DNA of 61,302 nt, filler included, from Sphacelaria rigidula (taxonomy: Eukaryota), in NCBI GenBank assembly GCA_964200075.2. It is 7 parts of 7 records of this genome, joined end to end, with 100 filler letters (N's around TTAATTAATTAA, not from the genome) between each part and the next. Parts side by side here need not be neighbours in the genome. Positions count along the whole stretch, not along the records: positions 17,547 to 26,218 come from CAXNAA020010429.1; positions 26,319 to 34,989 come from CAXNAA020010430.1; positions 35,090 to 43,760 come from CAXNAA020010431.1; 4 more parts are not named here. One strand, written 5' to 3'. The translations under genes were made by a program, and so were the position numbers. Positions 25,501-37,083 of this stretch are shown here, piece after piece (within the stretch, counting starts at the first letter, position 1; each line of letters starts with the position of its first letter). A model generated the notes under the pieces. That model was not told the origin of the DNA, ran no database searches, and saw nothing but the letters and a program-made list of their open reading frames with translations.

Positions 25501-26130
25501 AGACCGAAACATGTATTTCGTCATTCTCAGCTCCGATGTATGAGAAAGGTCGACGTTGTTTAGATACTTCTGCTACAGGTGGGGAGCTATTCGATTGTCC
25601 GTTTTCCCCGTGATGCCAACATATCTAGCAACATGTGGATGGTGTCAAGCATGCAGAGAGTTCATAGATCGCTTGAGTACAGGTAGGAGTACAAGCACAA
25701 GCCGACAGCCCTGGGTGTGTTTTTGCCGGCCGAGCGTTTTTTGCGTCAACGTGCCGCTGTACCCGTTTGGATCTCAACTTGCTTGTTTCGCGGCCAAGTC
25801 AGTCCTACTCTCAAGCCACAACAAAGATGATAAATTGCTTGTCGCGAGTCTGATATCTACGTCGAGAACACGGCGACACTGAAGGGTCGGACTGTACCTG
25901 GTTGCTGCTCTGCGCTTTTTTTTTTGTTGTTGTTTTTCCGTACTTATCCAACAGACCGTGTACCAAGCGGGGAGAGTAGAGGGAGTACTCCGTCTAGACG
26001 TCCCGCCGGTCAATCTAGGCTACGAGCAAGTGCACGCAGGAGCGGCTGTGGTGGATTCCGGGGACGTGGCGTCGACAGCCGGTGGTGAGAGAAGTAAACA
26101 GCTCATTCATGATGTGGCCGACGAGTCAGA
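17706..26130 (+). CDS. CC2D2A: CC2D2A/MKS6-like ciliary transition-zone C2-domain protein, internal exons: 17706-17834, 19794-19967, 22094-22264, 22817-22884, 23725-23830, 25081-25215, 25955-~26130
   Basis: The spliced peptides CRLLLQIISARNVPVR, AFVVVQFQDT/TKRTSVYEGLTPLWKESLDLPFTPPMADFSPANLAQ, VRELIIISLFDEV...EKHFLGSVVLPFQ/TVYQAGRVEGVLRLDVPPVNLGY follow the recalled order of the CC2D2A C-terminal C2 region. GT-AG phases are consistent. A short exon before 22094 may be missed, and the end of the last exon is uncertain (poly-G). Confidence 0.88.
20867..21318 (+). repeat. Repeat family A copy in a CC2D2A intron, including the 3' terminus ...GACGCCAACCCT
   Basis: Similar to the 13886 and 47457 copies. 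It shares the 3' end AACCTGGTTGCCTAGCTT.TGCAGTG...GCCAACCCT with ~47900-47973. Confidence 0.88.
24196..24550. repeat. Compound tandem repeat: ~3 units of ~110-125 bp, each containing (GTTGAAAAA)n
   Basis: Recurring CAAGGTTTTTCGGGGGGAAA...(GTTGAAAAA)n...ATGACCCACTACTA. Confidence 0.9.
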
Positions 26131-26857
26131 GGGGGGGGGGGGGGGGGGGGGGCTCGTCGCCTTTTTTCCCTGGATCGGAAAAGCACACGCCTCCGCACCC
26201 CTCACACCGCGAGACCGCNNNNNNNNNNNNNNNNNNNNNNNNNNNNNNNNNNNNNNNNNNNNTTAATTAATTAANNNNNNNNNNNNNNNNNNNNNNNNNN
26301 NNNNNNNNNNNNNNNNNNTTAACGGCATTTATGATCATCGCCTCCGTGCACGTTTTTGGCCGGTTCGGGGGGGGGCTATCTCGGCAGCAGTCATTGGTTC
26401 GATCCCTGTGTCGGCTACATGATTTTTACCCGTGGTGCGTGAGCAGAACACTGTTCTCACACCGGGAGTCGAGTTCGAGTCCTGGGTCGAGTATTTTTCT
26501 CCTGCTGGTGGTGCCGTATAAGAACACAGTTTTTCTACACCGAGAGTCGATTTAGTCTTCCATTGCAATCTTCGCGCACTTTCTCTCATCGTTCATGCCC
26601 GCTGTCCGATTCCTCATCGTCTCGCAAATTTTGTTCCCATCATCATATTATCCCTTCCCACTTCCATCAACCAACATCGTCTTCCCTACTGTAAACAAGC
26701 ACAATAACCTCGAAGGCATCGGTGCGAGCAGAGGGAATGCTACGACATATCGACCCTTGCCCTCTTTCTCAGTCGCGCCGCAATATTTTTCCTATACACT
26801 TTCCCTCATCGTTCCACCCGCAATCCAGTACTCTTTATCGTCTTATTTCTTCCGTAT

Positions 26858-26965
26858 GATTGATTGATTGATTGATTGATTGTCGCAGTTTAACGGACCA
26901 CCCATGCGTCCAGCCGTGGTCGCATCATAGACGTGCCCAAGACAAGCAAAACTGAAACACTCGTT
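26858..26965 (-). repeat. Retroposon 3' end with (CAAT)n tail (RTE-like LINE/SINE); related copies at ~12115-12210, ~15060-15170 (+), ~17910-17990, ~48790-48900
   Basis: A (TGAT)n array lies next to CAGCCGTGGTCG...TAGACGTGCCCAAGACAAGCAAAACT, which is a reverse-complement match to 15060-15112. Confidence 0.65.
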
Positions 26966-28600
26966 CAAGGAAACGAAGGAGCAGAAAAAGTCGAGCAGAA
27001 CGACATAGTAGACTAAAACGTAAAAAATGTGATGAGAATATATGAAGAAAAAATCAACAGAAGCAAAGCACAGAAAGAGATGGCCGACATGAGAAAAAAA
27101 AGGGAGCAGAAAAACAGTGGAATCAAGTAATTAAGAAAAGGGAAAATCCTAAGGGATGCGGGTCAGCAGACTACAGACACACACCAGTGGGCACTGCAGC
27201 GCTACCGACTAAGGACATACAATTGAATCATTTCTCAACAGAGCTTGGCAGGGCATGAATACCGCGACTCTCCAAGAAGGCGGGCGGGACCGGGGCGCTC
27301 TAATGCCTTAGATAGCCGCTTTTGCTCGTCGTTCATACCCGCAATCCTGGAGAAGTTTACGTGTGTTTCTGTTTATATGCAAGATGAAAATTTCGAAAGA
27401 GAATATATTCTCACGAGGGCTTGGCAAGGCGAGAATACCGCGACCCTCCAAGAAGACGGACGGAACCGGGGCGGTAGCCCCGGTCCCGAACAGCTTGTAC
27501 AAGTATATATAATATATACATGGTGTGCGGTTTGCGCTATACCTCGGGCAACGGCCGGACTCTGCAGTACAATTGTACTGGATTGGACTGTTATCTCTTC
27601 TGCGGTACGAACGAGGTGGGGCGACATCTCATTGGCCGGGATCGGCAGCGCCCTCGCCATGCGTAAATGACACTGTACCGCAGATTTGCCGTTGATGTGT
27701 CTTTTGCTCGCGGTCTCATCGAGTGAACGCCCTCCTCTGGCCAAACGCGAATGCCGCAGGATTCTTATTTTGTGCGCTGCGACTACAGAACTTTCGCAAA
27801 GAAAGCCGCGGATACATGATCCATGTCCACGCCCAACACTCCGCGCGAACGAGCGGCAACTAGCGCCGACCGCACTCGACCAACGCCATCTACCAGTACC
27901 CGAAAGAGAGAGCCGGAGAAGAAGTGTATTCGAGGTTGCGAGATCGTCGACTCGTTCGGGTTCGGAGCATCTGAGAGAGAGGTACGCCGCTGCCTGCTTG
28001 ATTGACCACTCCCCCGCTTCACGACTCGGCTTGGCCCCAGGTTGAAAGGTTCACGGTGCGGACGAATCATCGCCGCTTCGAACCACCAAATCCACCATTT
28101 TTTGAGACCTGATTGCTCGAAAAAGAGAAAGAAGGGTTGACCGCTAGTCAAAAAGGTCTTCACGCAATGTTTGCGCCAGTCCACGTGCCGGAGCTGCACG
28201 TACCTGGCTTGCAACACTGAAAAGGACGCCTGGGGATTGTTTCGTACAGTACAAATGAAGTAATTTCGACACGACTCAATGATTCGTCCCGCCGTTGAAA
28301 AGGTCTGATGTGATGTACGCGCAGGTCGATGATGGGCTCGATGTGTTACCATTCTACCAGCGCCCGAACCGTGGGCGCGGGCATCCCCCTGTATCACTTC
28401 CTGCTCCACGCACCTCGAAACACAAAGGCGGATGTTCGACCACCGCAGAAGATGGACGGCGCGGTACGAGTACTGGACGCAGTACGTCACTGATTCACAG
28501 TCAAGAGGTCAAGGGGGTGTATTGGAGTATCCACACGCTCTTCGAGGAGTATCGACATACATTTCTATATAATGGGGTCATGACATCGAGAAAGAGGTCG

Positions 28601-29221
28601 TAGGGGTGTAATAGAACGTTTATTTCCGGTGAAGGGCTGTCTCCTTCCGCCTCGAACATTTGGATACTTTTTCATCACAGCGATCTCGGCGAAGAGAGCA
28701 AAGTAGCGCTTTTTTGGTTCCCGCCATCAAAACAGATGGGCTTCACCGCAGGAGAAGAAGCTGAGGACTTCCAGGAAGTTCGAGATCCGACTCATTCAGT
28801 ATCCCGGGGTGCGCGCGCGATTTTACATCCCGACTCATATTGTGGATGCCAACACCGGCCTGGGTACCGGCCCGCCTCATATTGTGCCAAAACCATACCG
28901 GCGCCGACTGTCACTCACGTATTTCCGTGCGAATATCGGTGGAGGGGCTTCCGACGTTGGCACGGGGAACGCGCAACGAGCAATGCTAGGGTAGGGGTGC
29001 ACTTTTTTTCGCGAACTTATGTCTAGTTCAGTGGCTCCTAACGATTCTAGATGGACAAAAATACGGGTCAGGGCATTCCCGTTTGAAAATTCATTCGGGA
29101 TATCCCTAGCATATTAGAGTAGTAATCCTGGCGTACATTCACATATTTTCTCAGGTCGTGGTTTGCATTAGATCGAGGGCTCCTAACAATTCTAACCTAA
29201 GAAAATATTTGTACACCCCTA
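28601..29221. mobile_element. Possible non-autonomous TIR element with hAT-like TAGGG ends
   Basis: Perfect 10-bp inverted repeat TAGGGGTGTA / TACACCCCTA. No TSD is visible. Confidence 0.35.
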
Positions 29222-30483
29222 CCGTAGCATCCCCCCAACACCGAGGAAAACAAATCTTTCAGGCCGCGAAGGCGCTTTTTGAGGATGATCTTCGAGGATC
29301 TCAAACGTGAATATACTTCCTCTGCGCCCGAAGTAAAGTCCGCCATGATCCACGGACCCTTAACCGTGTCCAATGCCGTGGGCGATATGTATTTTTGAAA
29401 TCTTGGGTTCTTTTTACTCGAATCGCGTCTTCTTTTTCCCTGTTTGCGCAGCAGCCAGCGGGCGCGGAAGGCCTATAAACGATCAATCGATCCGAAAAAT
29501 GGTCATATATCGCCACTTTTCTGTAACGCAGCGCAACACCCTGGCAACCCGAAAGACAGAAATCGCGACAAAAACTATCACTGGCTCTCTGCGGTTCATC
29601 GCTCGCATACGACAGCTACGCCTAGTCTGAAACAACTCCTTTACATTGCAGCCTTCAGTTATTTCAAAACAAGCCAAATTCGGTCGAAATAGCGCCTAAA
29701 AACAAAAGTTATTCATGTATCCCAAGATTTGCTTTCGTGATTCAACGGTATCTTCCCGAAACGTCTCAAGTGATTATTGCCTATAACTCGTGGAAAAGCA
29801 AGGCAACTCTTTGGGTGCATGCAATTATTTTTTATCACACCCGGTTAATCCGGCACACCAAATTTCAGGGCCCACGAAGCACATAGTTTCCAATTGCCCG
29901 TTCGCAAATCGGGCCTGTGGAAATCCGGAATCTTATTTTGCGGGTCGCTTAGCGGCCCATGTTCGCTGTTTTAGTATTGAATTCTCGGGCGGGACCTAGA
30001 TGGGTCACGATGAAGCGAGGAAAATGGGGCAGATTGATTTTATTTAATTTTTGCACTGGGTTGGGGCGTTCTAGCGTGGCAACGGCCATTTGTTGTCCGG
30101 GAACGTCCGAAACTCTCCCCCCTTGAAGACATGAAGGTCTGATTGTTTTTCATTCGGCACACCCGTGATTCTCGATGCTAAGTTTCGAATCACAATTCTA
30201 TGAACTGAGCTTGAAAGTCGAGTCAAGACCCAACAGCGACGTTATGACTCCTCAGAACACTCTGAAAATCACAAAAATACGTGAAAAAAAACGGGAAGAA
30301 AAGAAAAGCATGATTGTATATTTCAAGTACACGTATTCAATGCGCCAGAGCGCGACAACCATGCTTCTTGGATCACTAACGGTCAGTAACACCCTCCTCA
30401 CACCTATTCCTAAACCGCAGACGTGCACCTACCCACCCTTCTCATCGCACACGACCAGTATCCTCCAACATTCCAGTTCCGGC

Positions 30484-33400
30484 CTATCTGTGTATGATAC
30501 CCGGCACCAGCCACTTCAACTGAAGTTGCAGCTCCCTCTTCCGTGCTCTGCTCTGTCCCTTGAGACACCCACCCACGTTTTCGATGTGGCCCTTCAGTTG
30601 CGTCACCGTGAGCTGGGCGAACGACACCTCCGTCAACCTTAATGCAACGAGATCTGCCTTCGCCCGCCCGATCAGCTCCGTATTCCTACATGCGCCGCCG
30701 CCGGCGCTGTCATTGGTTTCTTCTTGTCGAGGTTTGGCGACAACGCAGGCGGCCCTCAGTGTAGCCCGCAGGGCCTGCTGTGTGGCCTTCTCCCCCTTGA
30801 ACAGGTCGGAAACCATGCGCAAGCGTCTACAGTACTCCGCTACTCTGACGTTATGGTACTTTTGAAATACAAAGTCATACAGAGTCCGCTCAGCATTAGG
30901 GCCACTTTTCCACCCCAGTGCCGCGTTGACACACCGCTTCCATTGAAGCTGAACGGCCTCCTTCCGTCCTACCACTCTCTTGACTTCGTTGGGGAGATCT
31001 CCCATGTAGGTACACAGGAGGTGAGGGTTCGAAAAGGCGTTGTGATATCCGGCCTGCCAGCGCCGCACCAGCTCGTAAAATTCCGGCGTGGACAACAAAA
31101 ACGTCTTCCCGTTGAACACTTCATTCCGGCGGACTACTTCCGTCTCTAACCCACGAATGTTTGCCGGTGCACGCCGATTGAAATCGCGGATGCCGGAATA
31201 CTTCTGCGCATTCATAAACGGAAGGAAGATGTCACGATCATGAACGTTCCGGCGAACGCGTGTCAATCCCGCGCTGAGTAGCCACCCAGACACTATATAC
31301 AACACGGCGGCGCGATCGCGATGCAGTTCGAACGCACCCTTTGGGTACTTGAAGACAACGACGTTCGCGCGATCAACCGCCGTCGTTAGGGTCTCGCTCG
31401 TGACCTGTGTGACGGCATGCAGGGGTCACAGAGGAAGACCGAAAAGAAATAGGCGCAGTTGTGCGATTAGCGTTTCGACGCAGCGCCTGTTCTCGTGACT
31501 ACGGCGAGGCGACGCGTTACAGCGGCGCAAGTACAAAATTCGAAGGCAGTTCAAGCCGACATCATGAATCCACGGGCACCCGGCCTTGCGACGGAGAAAG
31601 CAAACCACCTCCAGCTTGAACGTACCTTGTCAATGAATCCGTGCAAGAGTGCAAGGGCCCGCTGCGCTCTGGGCGTCGGGTCTACGGTGTCTGAGTGGCG
31701 GCACATGTCGGCCGTGGCGGTCTGTACTGCAGGCTGAGCGATAAATACCATCTTGTGTTCGTGGCGCCTGCTTTGCCTACGCATGGTGAACTTCGCAGCT
31801 CGAGAAGAACTCGCGGGTCCCGTCATGACAGTGCGAAGTACTGTGATGAGATGTTGCCGCAAACGCTGTATCTCCGCACGAGTTTCCGGCAGGCCCAGCA
31901 CGGCATTGGCTACCGGTACCAGCCACTTCATCTCCTCCGCGCAAGACTTGCGCACAATTCGAGTGGGGCTCGTCGCCGCCGCCGCCGCCGCCGCCGCCGC
32001 CGATATCTGCTGTCTCGACTGAGCGGATGCTGTCGCCGCCGCCGCCGCCGCCGTCGCCTGTGTTGCATGGGTGGTTACAGTCTCCGTCACTGGTGCTTGT
32101 TGTGTTGAGGGTGCAGATGCCGTCGCCACCGCTACTGACTCGTGGGTTGACGGCGGGGGTACCGGCGGCGCCCCAACTGGGTGCTGCGTAGGCCGGGGGG
32201 GTAGCGGCGCGGTCGCCGCTGAGTGCCGGGTTGACAGAGCGGGCAGCAGCGCCGTCGCCGCTGAGCGCTCGACCGAGGGGGGCAGCGGCGACGTCGCCGC
32301 CGACTGGGTGGTGAAATCTTCGGCCTCCCCGACGGTCATCACTACCTGTCTCGATTCATCCAACCCGTCAGGTGTTCCCGCCATTAGCTCGGCGTACATA
32401 TCAAGCTCAACCTCATGTTCGTGTGCGTCTTCGACTGTACTGATATTCATTGCACCAGTAAACCATTCTGCCGGATGTACAGGCGGGAGGTGCGCAGTGT
32501 GGTTATGGGGCAGGGGGGTGATATGGCCACATCGAGCACGGCATTCTCTGCGGCGGGGTGTGGCCGACTCGAAGAAAAGTCCAGTCGTCGGAGCGGCATA
32601 CCTTGATGCCTGCGTCTCGCCTGGCCACGCGCAGCGATGTCATCATCACGATTTACATCATTCGTATTTCGAGTGACTCGAGGGGACGACGATTCCAACC
32701 TTATTCGTAATGGTCGTCAAAAGCTTTTGCTGTTTACCTGATACTGCTTCCCCCCGCGAGCGGCGCGTCCTTCCTGGGTCGTGGTGTCTCGCCTTCTAGC
32801 TTCTCCCTGCCATACCGATCACGCGCGACCGCGCCGAAGTAATCGATTGAGCCGTGATCCGTATCACTGTCAGCCCGGGCAAGTGGATTGCACGCACAGG
32901 GTTACCCGGTGTGGCGCTTCAGCACAGCTTGACTTTCATGAGCGTGTGTGGATGGGAGATGAAAATGACGAACGCTAAACGCCAAATTGCACTGCAATCA
33001 ACAAAGTCTACGCTTTCAGTACCCTGCCCCGTTTCGCGACAGCACTTCGAGGCTGAAAGTGGCGGCGCTCAACGTCAAACGACCAACCCGTAGTATGACG
33101 TTTGGAACGTCGCGGGGTAAATGCCGCACCGCCCTGCGAAGATGTGCATGCTCGTCCGCGCCAGGAAGAACACGGTGCTCTACCTCACCTCCAACCGAAC
33201 GGAGTCCACGCCGACATGGTTCACGTCATGATCATGACGAATATTCACATGACCCGATATAGCTCCCGCCGGCGCCGCTGGTCCCTGCGTGAAGAGTACG
33301 AAATGTGGACACGGGCGGCGTGAGGGTCGGGATCCAGGACCAACAGCATGGTGTTTCGTGCTCTGTCGCGGCTACAGTATCAAGGGGTGTGCTGGCGGCA

Positions 33401-34860
33401 GTCCATGTAGAGACTTGTTTCACAACACTTTCTTGTTTTCACGAGCACAATAGAGCCTTCCTCCGACTAGCCAAACATATGAGCGGATGTATGTGGTAAC
33501 CATGCAACATATCTCCTCGCCCGTCGGGTGAAGATGTGTGCCCACGACTGATTCGAACACGCGGTGGAAGGAGTGTTGGATATCCTACATATGCGGGTAT
33601 AACTGCCCCCATCCACCTTAATTTTGGGTAGAATTACTTGCGATTACATTACCCCATCCAGATCGTACCCCTTACCTGAGAACCCGATCACGGAAGGGTT
33701 GGTGTCCCGCTTGGAAAATAAACATCGCGTGCACATTGAGGTGATCGCAACGGATAAACAGCATTTCCCCACCACCGTATTCGCATAGAACTCCCTACAT
33801 ATCGATTTTCGGTTAACGAGTTTGTACAGCGTGTAGTGGTCATCATTATCCACCGGGATGTCAGGAAATGCAGTGATATATCCACCCAGTGGTATGGGCA
33901 CGAAGATTCTCATTCGCCGGATTTCCATTCCCTTGAGACCACGCCCTCATTCAATGTTAGTTCTCGGTTTCTACCATCCGATGTTGCTGTACAGGAACAC
34001 AACGGGGACGGGATGAAACGTGCTGCAACACCTTCGCCGTGCCAATCCGGCTAATACTTTTAAATATAGCAGTCAAGCTTGAAGTAACACGCGTCGGTGT
34101 GAGCCACAGAACATACGAGTTCCTGCCGCGGGAGGGCGGGGGGTCACCTCCTTTCCTGCTTCCCCGTGCCTCCAACCTGGTCCTGTACATGCGATACGAG
34201 AGTCCAGTACAGTACGGTTGTACTGCAGGATCGGGCCGTTGCCCAAGGTATAGCGCAAACCGCACACCATGTATATGTTATACACTTGTATACACTATCG
34301 GAAAGATAGCGCCGGGGAGATGAAGTGTATCACAAACAGTACAAACAGTATGGCGGCACACAGATGCAGTACAACGAGACGGCGCATCGGGTTTCGGGGC
34401 AACTCGTTTCACCGTTTTGCAGGGTCCTGTAGCGTGCAGCAAAATACTGCAGGGTTTCGGGTAGATAATACGCGCCGTTCTCGCTGCACCGCGGGTCGAT
34501 CGTCCCCAAAATTTGCACAGCATCGGCCAAGTATATGACAAAGCACGTGGGACTGCCGTGTGTTCGGCTCACTGAAAGAAACTCAATACATCGGTTGCAC
34601 GCGAGGGGTATGCGGCTGCGGACTGCTGCGCGTAAAGCACACACATGCCGCTGGAGGCGACACTCTTGCCACTCACCGGGTGTATTGAGAAGTTTCCACT
34701 TGCTCAGTTGCTTCCACACGTTGTAGCAACAATCTTGTGCACTCCTCACGCTCTTCCTCCCGATGGTGCTGCGGCGGAAGCTGATGATGTGATGTGCAAC
34801 TACGCGCGCGGTCTGCGGTGCTTGCCGCATGCGATTGTCAATTTCTAACAATCCCAACGC
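30484..34860 (-). pseudogene. Decayed probable Mutator-like (MULE) transposase gene with Ala/Pro/Thr-rich linker and C-terminal SAP-like motif
   Basis: Fragmented minus-strand frames show HTDACYFK and FHPVPVVFLYS near 34100-33980 (reminiscent of the MULE catalytic region), a Cys/His-rich SWIM-like stretch at ~32670-32460, ORFs 31551-32450 and 30484-31305, and an ending LTVTQLKGHIENVGGCLKGQSRARKRELQLQL. There are many stops and frameshifts. Confidence 0.45.
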
Positions 34861-37083
34861 TGCACCGTCTGTGTATAAAAAATGATGACGAATATCCCAG
34901 CGAGTGCACTTTTATTTTGAATAATATTATTTCCGCACATTAGTCCGATCTCGCGAACCCGTGGTCACAGACGTAGGCTCGCCTTTCCANNNNNNNNNNN
35001 NNNNNNNNNNNNNNNNNNNNNNNNNNNNNNNNNTTAATTAATTAANNNNNNNNNNNNNNNNNNNNNNNNNNNNNNNNNNNNNNNNNNNNAGAAGTGAAGA
35101 ACCTACTTGCGTGAGAACCCGTCTGATATTTGGATACTGAGCAGGTCACACGGTATCTACAAGTTTCAGCAGCCTGACGGTTGTACACTTGCCTGCCAAG
35201 CTTGTGCCTTGGGTTGCAAGCTGTGTCCTTGCGTTTTACTACCGCTTGCTCTTTAATACATTGGCGTCGACGGTAGGACTAAGTTGTTCTTCCACGTACC
35301 AACGCTGCTACAGACAATCGGGTCTTTGCTTGTCTTCGACGACATACGTCTGTTCTGTGCACAACCCCGTGCTAGCTATTACCGCCACAAGTTGAATAAA
35401 GTTGTATTAATCAGACCCCGGACATGGTTGTTACAAACAGCAATTCGCTTGAATAAATTACTCAAGTAAATCAGATCCCACGGTCCCCTCCGGCGCTATT
35501 AGGTTTCATTATCCAGTATTTCCGGATACACGCTTCGGTTTTTGCACGTAGCATCTCTTGGTGTCACGCTCCTTTGAGTAGAGCCCGCAGATCAGAAACA
35601 CTGCACCTTCCTTTTTAAGCACAAAGGCTGCGTACGATTATCATGTCGCACAGAAGTAACGCTGGCTCTTCCCCCCAATTGGGAAACCAACCACCTCGCC
35701 GGACCCGGAGTCAAACTACTGGCGGTTCGCAATCTTTCAAGAAGAGTGGCACGTCACCTTCAACTGATCGCCGCACGTATGCGAGCGCTGTTCGATCTTC
35801 GGGATCTGAAGACCAAGTTTCGAGCGAAGCTCGTTCTTCAAGATTTGAAGACAAGACTTTGACGCCGAGACCTGATCTTTCACGTTCCGACCCGGACTAA
35901 GAGAACATGGTAGTGCAACCGACCGAGTCGTTGGTTCCTGACGGACATGTCAGTGAGCCCATAACTATGGATTCCGTCGCACACCCCTCGCTGGCCCCTG
36001 CTCTCCCGAATCCCAATGTGGAATCCGGAGTTAGGATTGTGCCCTCAGTCGAGTCGTTGCCCCTGGATATACGTGTCCAGCTTGGCCCTGTACCGGCTGC
36101 TTCAACCGTGGCACCCCGTCGCTTGACGGCTGCCAACTCTCGAGACGATTATGTCCCGACGAAGCGCATCGCTTCTGGAGCAAGAGACTTTGTCACACAG
36201 GCTGCTTCCGTTACGGACCCCCTTCGCACGACTCTCGATAGTCCCATGCGCCCTACTGCACAATCCAATGTCGGACCGGCAGTTGCGGCCGTGCATGCTG
36301 CCATGCAAACTCTGCATCGCACCTCCTCGGCGTCGTCGCCATCGCCAGCAGCAGCCCTCATCGAGGCATTTACGGCCTTTTGCCACGCCACGCTCCAAGA
36401 TTAATCGGCGTCTGCTCATGTGCAATTCGATGATGACTCTGCACCTGTCACGCCCACACCCGTACGTCTGGCGTCCCGTTCGGCGACATCGCGCCCCTCG
36501 TTGGCCACTCATGATAAATTCAACGAGCATGAGTCCAGCCCTTCCTCAACGTCGCAGCAGAGCCTTACTCGCGCTTCTGACCGGCGCCGCACACCAAGAC
36601 TTGGTCACGACCACGTCTCCCGTTCTGGCAGTTATAAGGGCAACTCCCAGCAAAGCTTGAATTCATCGCGCGTTTCAACACGTCCGAAGAACGTTCCTCG
36701 TGGTTACACTTGCGACGGCGGTTCACGTCACAGCTCCAACTCATCACGCGCTCCCCAGCGCCCGGTGAATGCTAACTGTGAACGTACTCAGGAGGATTCC
36801 TTGCGGCACAGATCAAGTTCTTCGCGCGTTAACTCGCGCTCGAAAAACACCGATCGTGCACCCTCGCGCATTTCTCCTGCTCAGTAGTTGTCCCACAGCC
36901 GTCATGTACGCAATGATAACACTGTACATACTGATGATATCCAAAATGTATTTTCGGTCACCGGCTATGGAATCTTCAATTGAGGGATCCGGCCGCAACT
37001 CATCGCACAAGTGACGACCACGTACTGACCGCGAACCACCGTCCCGTTCCGACGCTGCGCTTATTCGTTCTCTGCAGTAACGT

